Made by a program: the position numbers and the translations under genes. DNA of 33,148 nt from Gaiellaceae bacterium (GTDB lineage Bacteria; Actinomycetota; Thermoleophilia; Gaiellales; Gaiellaceae): contig DASSGL010000218.1 of assembly GCA_035693525.1 (NCBI GenBank), positions 1-33,148 on the forward strand, written 5' to 3'. Position 1 is the stretch's first letter. Every line of letters begins with the position of its first letter. The notes below the pieces were generated by a model that was not told the DNA's origin, searched no databases, and saw only the letters and a program-made list of their open reading frames with translations. Shown one piece after another: positions 8,269 through 16,413 of this stretch.

Positions 8269-8901
8269 CTAGGGCAAGACGGAAGAGGCGCGGAGCTCGA
8301 CCGCAACTCCGCGCGGCGCCGCGAGTACCTGCAGCACGAGCACGGTGTCGGCGACCTGGACGTCCTCGAGGAAGTCGTCCCGGCTCTCGAACGACTCGAG
8401 CACGTCCTCGATCGCGACCGCGTAGCCGGCCCGGTCGGCCGCGGCGATCGTCACGACGGCATCCGCGACCGCCCGAGGGAAGTCTTCGCGGTCGCGCAGG
8501 GTCGCCCCGACCACACGGGCCTCGACGTCGTCGGCCAGGACGAGCAGCGCGAGCGTTGCCGCATACCGCCCGATCGGCGACGCCGCGTCCGCGGCGTCCG
8601 CGTCGAGCGCCCACCTCGCCGCGGCCGACGCGTCGTCGCCGGCGAGGAGCAGCGCCTTCATCGCGCCGATCGGCCGGCCCCATGAGTCGGGCGGCGCGCC
8701 TGCGTCCCAGCTCTCGCGGTAGCGCCCCGCCGCGCGCCGGAGCCATTCCACCGACTCGTCGCCGCGACCGGCCATCACGAGGCAGAGGCCGGCGGCCCAC
8801 GCGCAGTTGCCGAGCTGGGTCAGCTGACGTTGGTCCGCCTCCCTCGCCTCGCCGCCGCGATAGCGCGCGATCGCCGCCTCGGCGCGGGCTTCCCACGTCA
8901 T
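8269..8901 (-). CDS. Hypothetical protein (all-alpha, acidic; no family recognised)
   Basis: 210-aa ORF with GC-rich third positions and normal composition, 19 nt upstream of the PAS gene in the same orientation. Confidence 0.6.
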   Translation of the reverse strand: MTWEARAEAAIARYRGGEAREADQRQLTQLGNCAWAAGLCLVMAGRGDESVEWLRRAAGRYRESWDAGAPPDSWGRPIGAMKALLLAGDDASAAARWALDADAADAASPIGRYAATLALLVLADDVEARVVGATLRDREDFPRAVADAVVTIAAADRAGYAVAIEDVLESFESRDDFLEDVQVADTVLVLQVLAAPRGVAVELRASSVLP

Positions 8902-8925
8902 CCTGCCGAGTTTAGTGCGGTCTGA

Positions 8926-8953
8926 TTGACCGTTCAGTCAAAGGCGGTATCGT
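8926..8953 (+). promoter_or_regulatory. Candidate promoter giving a leaderless fadA transcript, overlapping a TTGAC-N6-GTCAA inverted repeat
   Basis: TTGACC (8926-8931), 16-nt spacer, TATCGT (8948-8953). The A of the ATG (8960) is the 7th nt after the -10 element. The inverted repeat TTGACcgttcaGTCAA (8926-8941) overlaps the -35 and is a possible operator. Confidence 0.4.
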
Positions 8954-8959
8954 GCCCGC

Positions 8960-10138
8960 ATGCGGCAGGCGCGCGAGGTCTTCTTCGTCGACGGCGTCCG
9001 GACGGCCTTCGGGAAGGCCGGCCCGAAGGGACAGTTCTGGCGGACGCGGGCCGACGACATGGCCGTGAAGGTCGTGCGCGAGCTCCTGCGCCGGAACCCG
9101 GAGATCCCGCCCGGCCGGGTGGGCGACGTCGTGCTCGCCGCGACCGCCCAGGTCGGCGACCAGGGGCTGACGCTCGGGCGTGACGTCGCGCTCCTCGCCG
9201 GGTTGCCGGAGACCGTGCCCGGGTTCGCTGTCGATCGCATGTGCGCGGGCGCGCTCACCGCGGTGACAGCTGCCGCGGGCGAGATCGCCCTCGGCGCGGT
9301 CGACGTCGCGCTCGCCGGCGGCGTCGAGCACATGGGCCATCACCCGATGGGCGACGACGTCGACTTCAACCCGCGCTTCGTCTCGGAGCGGCTGATCGAC
9401 GAGTCGGCCGCGACGATGGGCCAGACCGCCGAGAACCTCCACGACCTCTTTCCTGCGATCACGAAGGAGCGGGCCGACGCCTTCGCGGTGCAGTCGCAGC
9501 AGCGCGCGGCGGCAGCCTGGAGCAACGGCGCGATGCGCGAGACGGTGGTGCCCATGGCCGTCTTCACGGACGACGGCTGGAAGGTCGCAGAGCGTGACGA
9601 GTTCCTGCGGCCCGAGACGTCGCTCGAGGCCCTTGCGTCGCTCCAGCCCGCGTTCCGCGCGGGCGGCCGCGTCACCGCCGGAAACTCGGCAGGGCTGACG
9701 GACGGCGCAACCGCGGCAGTGCTCGCAGCCGAGGACACCGTGAGCGACCTCGGGCTCTCGCCGAAGCTTCGCCTCGTCGGCTTCGCCTACGCGGGTGTCG
9801 AGCCGCACCTCATGGGCTACGGGCCCGTGCCGGCCACGCGCCGGGTGCTCGAGCAGCATGGCGTCTCGCTCGACGACGTCGACCTCTTCGAGCTGAACGA
9901 GCCGTTCGCGGTGCAGGTGCTGACGTGGTGCGACGAGCTCGGCGTCGAGGCGGACGATCCGCGCCTCAACCCGTACGGCGGGGCGATCGCGTGCGGGCAT
10001 CCGCTCGCGGCCACCGGCGTGCGCCTCATCGCTCAGCTCGCGTACGGGCTCCGCGAGCGCGGCGGGCGGTACGGGCTGACGGCGCTCTGCATCGGCATGG
10101 GCATGGGCTGCGCAATTCTCTGGGAGCGCGTGTCGTGA
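8960..10138 (+). CDS. fadA: Acetyl-CoA C-acyltransferase (thiolase)
   Basis: 392 aa. FVDGVRTAFGKAG, active-site Cys context VDRMCAGALTAV, NEPFAVQ, GGAIACGHPLAATG, ALCIGMGMG. Confidence 0.9.
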   Translation: MRQAREVFFVDGVRTAFGKAGPKGQFWRTRADDMAVKVVRELLRRNPEIPPGRVGDVVLAATAQVGDQGLTLGRDVALLAGLPETVPGFAVDRMCAGALTAVTAAAGEIALGAVDVALAGGVEHMGHHPMGDDVDFNPRFVSERLIDESAATMGQTAENLHDLFPAITKERADAFAVQSQQRAAAAWSNGAMRETVVPMAVFTDDGWKVAERDEFLRPETSLEALASLQPAFRAGGRVTAGNSAGLTDGATAAVLAAEDTVSDLGLSPKLRLVGFAYAGVEPHLMGYGPVPATRRVLEQHGVSLDDVDLFELNEPFAVQVLTWCDELGVEADDPRLNPYGGAIACGHPLAATGVRLIAQLAYGLRERGGRYGLTALCIGMGMGCAILWERVS

Positions 10139-12081
10139 GCCAGACCGTCTTCAAGTTGAACGCCGTCGGCTCGGTCGCGCTCGTCACGATCGACAACGGC
10201 GAGGACCATCGCAAGCCGACGACGCTCGGACGCTCGGCGTTCGAGTCGGCGGTGCACGTGCTCGAGGAGCTCGAGCGCGGCGACTGGACGGCGGCGGTGT
10301 TCACGGGGAAGCCGTTCGTGTTCTGCGTCGGCGCGGACATCGACGAGTTCGCACGGACACACTCGGCCGACGATGCACGCGAAGGCATTCGCGCCGGGCA
10401 CGGGTTGTTCGCACGGATCCGCGCGCTGCCGTTCCCGACCGTCGCCGCGATCAACGGCGCTGCGCTCGGCGGCGGTCTCGAGCTGGCGCTGCACTGCACG
10501 GCGCGCACCCTCGCTGCAAATGTGCGGCACATCGGCTTCCCGGAAGTGGCTCTCTCGATCATCCCCGGGTGGGGCGGCACGCAGCTCCTGCCGAAGCTCG
10601 TCGGGCCCGAGACGGCGGCGCGGATCATCGTCCTCAACCCGCTGCGGCAGAACAAGCTCCTGACCGCGTCGGAGGCGTTCGAGCTCGGGCTCGCAGATCG
10701 GCTCCTCGAGCCCGTCGAGTTCGTCGACGAGTCGCTCGAGCTCGCTCGTGAGTTGGGCACGGTCACGGCCGATCGCGAGGCGCCCGACTGGTCCGACGTG
10801 GAAGCGGTGCTCCGCAAGGCGCGGGCGCGAGTCGACGACGCGGTGCACGGCGCGACCCGCGCGCCCTATCTCGCGCTCGACCTGATCGCCGGCGCGGAGC
10901 ACTGGTCGCTCGAGGAGGGCTACGCGGCCGAGGAGGAGGCGATGGCCGAGCTTCTCGTCAGCCCGCAGGCGCAGGCATCCGCGTACGCGTTCACCGTCGT
11001 CGAGCGCCGCTCGAAGCGGGCGCCGAGACTGCCGGAGACGGCGGAGCCGCGCCGCATCCGGAAGGTCGGCATCGTCGGCGCCGGGCTGATGGCGACGCAG
11101 CTCGCGACGCTCTTCCTACGGCGGCTCGAGGTGCCGGTGGTGTTGCGCGACATCGAGCAGGCGCGCGTCGACGAGGCGCTCGCCACGATCCGCGACGAGG
11201 TGGGTGCGAAGAAGCCGTTCCTCGAGACGATCGTCCACGGCGGCACCGGTTGGGAGCAGTTCGAGGGCTGCGACCTCGTGCTCGAGGCGGTCTTCGAGGA
11301 GCTGGAGGTCAAGCGGGAGGTCTTTGCCGAGGTGCGGCGCGTCGCTCCGGATGCGATTCTCGCGACGAACACGTCGTCGCTCTCCGTCGAGGAGATGGGC
11401 GCGGACGTCGGGCTGCACTTCTTCAACCCGGTTGCCGTGATGCCGCTCGTCGAGATCGTCCGCACGCCGGAGAGCACGGACGAGCAGCTGTTGACGGCGT
11501 GGGACGTCGTGAAGCGGTTGCGTAAGCGTGGCGTGATCGTCGGCGACGCGCCGGGCTTCGTCGTCAATCGCGTGCTCACGCGGCTCACCCGCGTGCTGCT
11601 CGATGCGCTCGAGAACGGCAACACGCTGGAGGAGACGGACGAGGCGATGCTGACGCTCGGCCTCCCGATGGCGCCGTCGGTCGTCCTCCAGATGGTCGGC
11701 CCGCGCGTCGCGAACCATGTGCTCGAGACGATGCACGACGCATTCCCGGATCGCTTTCCTCTCTCGCCGACGCTCGCGAGCTTCGCGGCGGGGAGCGACG
11801 AGATCGTGCGGACGGGCGATGCACGGCGGACGGTCGAGCAGATCCGTGACGATGCGCTCGAAGCGATCGCGGACGAGATCGCGCACATGCTCGACGAAGG
11901 CGTCGTCGAGGCAACCGCGGACGTCGACGCCTGCCTCATCCTCGGCGCCGGCTATCCCTTCTTCCTAGGCGGCATCACGAAGCACCTCGACCAGACGGGC
12001 ATCTCCGAACGGGTCACGGGCTCGGCGCTGGCGGATCGCCGTTCCGGACATGCCCTGGTGTCAGACATGACTCTCTCCTGA
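10135..12081 (+). CDS. fadB: Bifunctional enoyl-CoA hydratase / 3-hydroxyacyl-CoA dehydrogenase (FadB-like)
   Basis: The GTG at 10135 overlaps the thiolase TGA (GTGA). Crotonase motifs FCVGADIDEF and GGGLELALHC, then the Rossmann motif KVGIVGAGLMATQLA and a 3HCDH C-domain. The last ~11 codons (GHALVSDMTLS) are encoded by repeat element A. Confidence 0.85.
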   Translation: MSQTVFKLNAVGSVALVTIDNGEDHRKPTTLGRSAFESAVHVLEELERGDWTAAVFTGKPFVFCVGADIDEFARTHSADDAREGIRAGHGLFARIRALPFPTVAAINGAALGGGLELALHCTARTLAANVRHIGFPEVALSIIPGWGGTQLLPKLVGPETAARIIVLNPLRQNKLLTASEAFELGLADRLLEPVEFVDESLELARELGTVTADREAPDWSDVEAVLRKARARVDDAVHGATRAPYLALDLIAGAEHWSLEEGYAAEEEAMAELLVSPQAQASAYAFTVVERRSKRAPRLPETAEPRRIRKVGIVGAGLMATQLATLFLRRLEVPVVLRDIEQARVDEALATIRDEVGAKKPFLETIVHGGTGWEQFEGCDLVLEAVFEELEVKREVFAEVRRVAPDAILATNTSSLSVEEMGADVGLHFFNPVAVMPLVEIVRTPESTDEQLLTAWDVVKRLRKRGVIVGDAPGFVVNRVLTRLTRVLLDALENGNTLEETDEAMLTLGLPMAPSVVLQMVGPRVANHVLETMHDAFPDRFPLSPTLASFAAGSDEIVRTGDARRTVEQIRDDALEAIADEIAHMLDEGVVEATADVDACLILGAGYPFFLGGITKHLDQTGISERVTGSALADRRSGHALVSDMTLS

Positions 12082-12189
12082 CGCGTCGTTCGCGGCGACA
12101 GAAGTGCACACCAGCAGTAGCTGGGCACAGTCGACACGTCCATCCGGGCGATGTCCTGGTGTCAGACACCTTTAGGAACCTCTTAGAAA
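12049..12189 (+). repeat. Repeat element copy A (~141 nt), bounded by two CCTGGTGTCAGACA motifs with an AT-rich tail
   Basis: The 5' 19-mer catgccctggtgtcagaca (12049-12067) is identical (19/19) to the reverse complement of 19324-19342. The 3' 39-mer (12151-12189, atgtcctggtgtcagacacctttaggaacctcttagaaa) matches the reverse complement of 19214-19252 at 37/39. The internal blocks tcgttcgcggc(g/a)aca and tcgacacgtcc are also shared. Confidence 0.85.
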
Positions 12190-12246
12190 CGTGGTCACCG
12201 AGCCCCGGCACTCTCTACTCTCCCTTTCGGCGCTAGGCTCCTCCAC

Positions 12247-12846
12247 ATGGCCGACGACTATCGGATCCGCATCCATGTGGACGAGGATCCCCACGGGCTG
12301 CTCGAGCGCCTCGGCTTCGGCCTCGGCGACGAGGCAGCGGAGCTCGCGCGGGAGCTCGAGGCGCGACGCCTCGTCGTGTCACGCGACGGCGAGGACCTCT
12401 TCGTCTACGCGGCCACCTATCCGGAGGCCGAGCGCGCGCGCTCGCTCATCCAGGCCGAGCTGAGCGACAACGACACGGCGGCCGTGACCGGCTCGATCGA
12501 GCAGTGGATCGACGAGGAGGACCGCTGGAGCGACGAGCCGCCTGCGGAGACGTGGGAGGACGAGGCCGTCGAGCACGGCTTCGCGCCCTGGGAGGTGCGA
12601 GTTCAGCTGCCCTCGCATCACGAGGCCAAGGCGCTCGCCGACCGTCTCGAGCAGGAGGGTTACGGCGTCGAGCGCCGCTGGCAGTACGTGATCGTCGGTG
12701 TCGGCTCGAAGGAGGAGGCCGAAGAGCTCGCCGCACGCGTCCACGGCGAGGTCGAGCCCGGCGGAGAGATGGTCTGGGAGACCGTCCCGGGCAATCCGTT
12801 CGCCATTTTCGGCGGCCTGGGCGGCTCGGGCGCACCCGGCGGCTGA
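12247..12846 (+). CDS. Hypothetical acidic protein with an internal two-fold domain duplication
   Basis: 199 aa with GC-rich third positions. The two halves have the same pattern (YRIRIHVDED...LLERLG...LVVSRDGEDLFVYAATYPEAERARSLIQAEL versus WEVRVQLPSHHEAKALADRLEQEGYGVERRWQYVIVGVGSKEEAEELAARVHGEV). Gly-rich tail. Confidence 0.65.
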   Translation: MADDYRIRIHVDEDPHGLLERLGFGLGDEAAELARELEARRLVVSRDGEDLFVYAATYPEAERARSLIQAELSDNDTAAVTGSIEQWIDEEDRWSDEPPAETWEDEAVEHGFAPWEVRVQLPSHHEAKALADRLEQEGYGVERRWQYVIVGVGSKEEAEELAARVHGEVEPGGEMVWETVPGNPFAIFGGLGGSGAPGG

Positions 12847-12862
12847 CCGATTCAGTTGACGA

Positions 12863-12877
12863 CCCCGCTGCGCGGGG
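12863..12877 (+). terminator. Small hairpin after the 199-aa gene (also lies inside a possible helicase promoter)
   Basis: ccccgc-tgc-gcgggg followed by tatgcttct. The same region can alternatively be read as TTGACG (12856-12861), 16 nt, TATGCT (12878-12883). The role is ambiguous. Confidence 0.25.
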
Positions 12878-12940
12878 TATGCTTCTGAGCGGCGCGTCTC
12901 GTCCAGGGGGATCAGCCGAGCGCGACACCTTTGTGAGGTT

Positions 12941-15514
12941 TTGCAGCACGAGCGACGTGCTGCACATATGCAGGAAGCCATACAGTCGACCATCCTCCCG
13001 GAGGCGGCACACCCACTAGCCGCCGATGCCTACCGCGCCGAAGCGTGGGCGGGCGAGCCCTTCCTGAGCTCGGGGGAAGACCCCGATCAGGTCCTGGCGC
13101 CCGGCACCGCGCGCCGGCTCGCGCTCGACGACGCGCTCGCCGAGATCGACGCCGGTCGCCGCGCCCCGAGCTCGCAGTGGAAGGTGCGCTACGGCCTCAT
13201 GCTCGGGCTCGAGCGCGTGCTCGCGGAGCCGGAGCCGAGAACCGCGGCCGGCACGCCGCTTCGCCGGCACCAGGTCGACGCGCTCGCCGGGATGCTGACC
13301 GAGCTGATCGCCGCGACGCAGCGCAAGGACGACGCGAACGGCAACGGAAACGGGAACGGCTTCGCGGCCGTCGAGGAGCTCGACCCCGAGCTCGACGAGG
13401 AGGACGACGAGATCCTCGGCGCCGACGACGAGCCGCTCGATGAGGCGCTCTCGCCCGAGGAGGACCCCGGCGCGGTTCGCCGCTACCGCTTCCGTCACCC
13501 GACTGCGTCCGGAAAGACCATCGCGGCGGCGGGCTTCGTCGAGGCGGCGCGCACGCTCGGCGTCCTCATCCTCACCCACCGCCGACTTCTCGTCTCGCAG
13601 TTCCAGCGCGACCTGAAGACGGAGGGCTACGGAGACCGCTACACCGACGCGATCGAGATGGGGCAGGAGCCGTTCCGCTCGAACCCGCTGACGATCCAGA
13701 CGTACGCCTGGTTCGCGCGGCACGTCGGCTCGCTCAGCCGCGACGCATACCAGCTCGTGATCTGCGACGAGGCGCACACCGCGCTCGGCGACAAGACCTC
13801 CGCGGCGATCCGCTCGTTCCCGGAGCCCATCTACATCGGCATGACAGCCACCGAGCAGCTGATCGCGAAGCAGGTCTCCGACGTCTTCCCGGCTTCGGTC
13901 GACGACCTGCCGCTGCAGGACGCCGCACGCCGCGGCTTGATCGCGCCGCTACGTGACCTACGCGTGCCGCCGGTCGCCGCGATCAACTCGGTGCCGATCG
14001 TCGGCGGCGACTTCGACCAGGAGATACTGGCGAAGACACTCGACCACCAGGCGCTGAACCAGGCAGCCGCGAGCCTCTACCGCGACCGCTTCGACAACAC
14101 GCCCGGCATCGTCTACGCGGCAGGAGTCGACCACGCGTACAACCTCGCGCAGGAGTTCCGCGCTGCCGGGATCAAAGCTGAGGCCGTGTCGGGTCGCACG
14201 CCGCCCGTGCGCCTCGCCGAGACGCTCGCAGCCTATGAGCGCGGCGAGATCAACGTGCTCATCAATGCACAGCTGCTCGCCGAGGGTTGGAACTCGCCGC
14301 GTGCGACGGTGTGCATGCACCTCGCCCCCACAGCATCGAGGCGCGTGTACCAGCAGCGCATCGGCCGAATCATGCGGCTGCATCCGCGCAAGGAAGCCGG
14401 CATCGTCGTCGACTTCGTCCCGAAAGGCGCCACGCACAACGAGCGCGTGATCTCGCTGCACTCGCTGCTCGACGCAGACTTCTATCGCGAAGGTGCGCGC
14501 GTCACGCCCGCACCGCGTCGCCGCTCACAGCGCCGCGCACGGCGCCGGCTGACACCAGCACCGTGGCTCGTGCCGGTCACGCCCGACGTCCGCCGCCGCA
14601 TCGCCGTCATCCAGCGCGAGTGGCAGCGCGTCGATCCGCGTTACCTCGACGACGACGAGCAGCGCTACTGGGCGACGATCGCCGGGCGCCAGATTCGCTT
14701 CGACGAGCGCGCCTCGTTCGTGCTCAAGCTGACCGAGGGCCGCGCGTCGAAGGGCGCGCTCGAGCAGTTCCTGACGACGTGTGCCGCAGAGAATCCGAAC
14801 CGTCGCCTGCGCATGATGGCGCTGCAAGACCGCGTGTCGATGCGCGTCGAGCGCGCCGACTTCGACGATCTGGTCACGCTGGTGACGCAGGCGCCGACAT
14901 GGGAGAAGGAACGTCTTCCAGGAATCCGCGTCCTGTTGCGCGCCATCGCAGACGGCAAGCCGGATGCTCCGGACCAGATCCTCGCGCGATGGACGTGGCG
15001 GCTCGCACGCGCGACGCGCAAGGTTCAGGATCGCCGCGCGTCGAGCGAGTATCCGGAGGCGAAACGGCTCCTTGGTGCACTCGCCAACTCGCGCGGACAT
15101 CGACACGAGGAGAACGCCGCGAAGCTCGTCAAGACCGCGCGCGAGCAACCGCTCCAGGTCGGCGTCGCCCTGCTCGCCTCAGCCGAGGGCTATACGCCGC
15201 GCGCCACGAAGCTGATCGAGGAAGCGCGGGACGAGGTCGCACCGGTTCAGGAGGTCGCGCTCGCGCTCTCGGAGAACCTGCCTGCGCCGAAGCAGCAGCC
15301 GAGCAAGCGCCGGCGCCGCCGGCGCAAGAAGAAGTCGCCGGTGCAGCCCGACGCTGGAGCCGCGGCGACCGAGACCCCGGCAGAGCCGGCAGAGCAAGCG
15401 CCTGCCGAAGGAGCCGACGAGGCGGCGAAGCCGAAACGGCGGCGCCGGCGCAAGAAGCCCGCCGAGGGAGAAGCCGCTTCCGAAGGCGACGCCGAGGCCT
15501 CGACGGACGCCTAG
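12941..15514 (+). CDS. Superfamily-2 DEAD/DEAH-box helicase with a ~350-aa C-terminal extension and a poly-basic tail
   Basis: 857 aa, TTG start. Walker A HPTASGKTIAAAG, DEAH box LVICDEAHTA, motif III GMTATEQ, motif VI YQQRIGRIMRL. It carries an (NG)4 repeat, an unassigned C-terminal region, and a tail with KRRRRRRKKK and KPKRRRRRKKP. Confidence 0.85.
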   Translation: MQHERRAAHMQEAIQSTILPEAAHPLAADAYRAEAWAGEPFLSSGEDPDQVLAPGTARRLALDDALAEIDAGRRAPSSQWKVRYGLMLGLERVLAEPEPRTAAGTPLRRHQVDALAGMLTELIAATQRKDDANGNGNGNGFAAVEELDPELDEEDDEILGADDEPLDEALSPEEDPGAVRRYRFRHPTASGKTIAAAGFVEAARTLGVLILTHRRLLVSQFQRDLKTEGYGDRYTDAIEMGQEPFRSNPLTIQTYAWFARHVGSLSRDAYQLVICDEAHTALGDKTSAAIRSFPEPIYIGMTATEQLIAKQVSDVFPASVDDLPLQDAARRGLIAPLRDLRVPPVAAINSVPIVGGDFDQEILAKTLDHQALNQAAASLYRDRFDNTPGIVYAAGVDHAYNLAQEFRAAGIKAEAVSGRTPPVRLAETLAAYERGEINVLINAQLLAEGWNSPRATVCMHLAPTASRRVYQQRIGRIMRLHPRKEAGIVVDFVPKGATHNERVISLHSLLDADFYREGARVTPAPRRRSQRRARRRLTPAPWLVPVTPDVRRRIAVIQREWQRVDPRYLDDDEQRYWATIAGRQIRFDERASFVLKLTEGRASKGALEQFLTTCAAENPNRRLRMMALQDRVSMRVERADFDDLVTLVTQAPTWEKERLPGIRVLLRAIADGKPDAPDQILARWTWRLARATRKVQDRRASSEYPEAKRLLGALANSRGHRHEENAAKLVKTAREQPLQVGVALLASAEGYTPRATKLIEEARDEVAPVQEVALALSENLPAPKQQPSKRRRRRRKKKSPVQPDAGAAATETPAEPAEQAPAEGADEAAKPKRRRRRKKPAEGEAASEGDAEASTDA

Positions 15515-16404
15515 GACGCAGGCCCTTCGGCGCCGTCGTCTCGCTCGTCCTGCTCGTCTCGCTCCCGGAGGAAGCGGCTGAGCTCGGCGGCGAGCGTGTC
15601 GCCGGAGGGAAGGCTCTCCTCGGCGGTCAGCATGTCGACACGCCGCTCCAGCTCCTCGACGTACGCGGCGGTGTCGGCGTCGGCCGAGACGGCCTCGCTC
15701 ACCTGCTCGCTGTACTCGTTCGCCGCCTGCTCGAGCTCGTCGACGTCGACGTCGATCGACATCAGCTCGCCGAACCGGCGCACGAGCGCGAGGGCGGCGC
15801 GTGGGCTCGGTGCGAGGGAGACGTAGTGCGGCACGGCGGCCCAGAGGCTGAGGGACGTTATGCCCGCGCGCCGGCTCGAATCGAGCAGCACGCCGACGAT
15901 CCCGGTCGGCCCTTCGTAGCGCGACGGCTCGAGACCCAGCTCCTCCATGAGGGATTCGTCGGTCGCGGCCGCGGTGACCGGTGCCGGACGCGTGTGTGGA
16001 ACGTCTGCGAGCAGCGAACCGAACGTGACGACGCGCTCGACGCCGAGATCCTGCACTAGGCCGAGCACGAGCTGCGCGAAGGACTTCCAGCGGAGGTTCG
16101 GCTCGGTTCCGAGGAGGATGACCGCGTCGCGTCCGGTCCCGGGGATCTCCGCATGGAAGAAGCCGTTCTCCGGCCAGTCGAGCTTGCGCGTCATCCCCTC
16201 CTCGAGCGAGACGTGCGGACGCGTGGCCTGGAAGTCGTAGAAGTTCTCCGGATCGATCTCCGCGAAGCGCTCGGCCTCCCACTGTTTCGCGAGATATCCG
16301 GCGCCGAGCGTCGCGCCCTGCCCGCCGTCGTTCCAGCCGCGGAACGCTGCGACGAGAACCGGCCGCCGCAGCTCGGGCCGGGACGAGACGGTCAGCTCGG
16401 ACAT
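15511..16404 (-). CDS. PAC2 (proteasome assembly chaperone 2-like) family protein
   Basis: 297 aa. VLVAAFRGWNDGGQGAT...LLGTEPNLRW...YEGPTGIVGVLLD...LWAAVPHYV with an acidic C-terminal tail, which is the typical actinobacterial PAC2 pattern. Its stop overlaps the helicase stop (CTAG at 15511-15514). Confidence 0.8.
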   Translation of the reverse strand: MSELTVSSRPELRRPVLVAAFRGWNDGGQGATLGAGYLAKQWEAERFAEIDPENFYDFQATRPHVSLEEGMTRKLDWPENGFFHAEIPGTGRDAVILLGTEPNLRWKSFAQLVLGLVQDLGVERVVTFGSLLADVPHTRPAPVTAAATDESLMEELGLEPSRYEGPTGIVGVLLDSSRRAGITSLSLWAAVPHYVSLAPSPRAALALVRRFGELMSIDVDVDELEQAANEYSEQVSEAVSADADTAAYVEELERRVDMLTAEESLPSGDTLAAELSRFLRERDEQDERDDGAEGPAS

Positions 16405-16413
16405 TGTCGAATT

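Noticed and set aside
13337-13360. The tandem aacggN repeat (aac ggc aac gga aac ggg aac ggc).
   Set aside because: It is in-frame within the helicase gene and encodes (Asn-Gly)4. This is a short coding microsatellite, not a CRISPR array or regulatory repeat. No CRISPR-like arrays were seen anywhere in the window.
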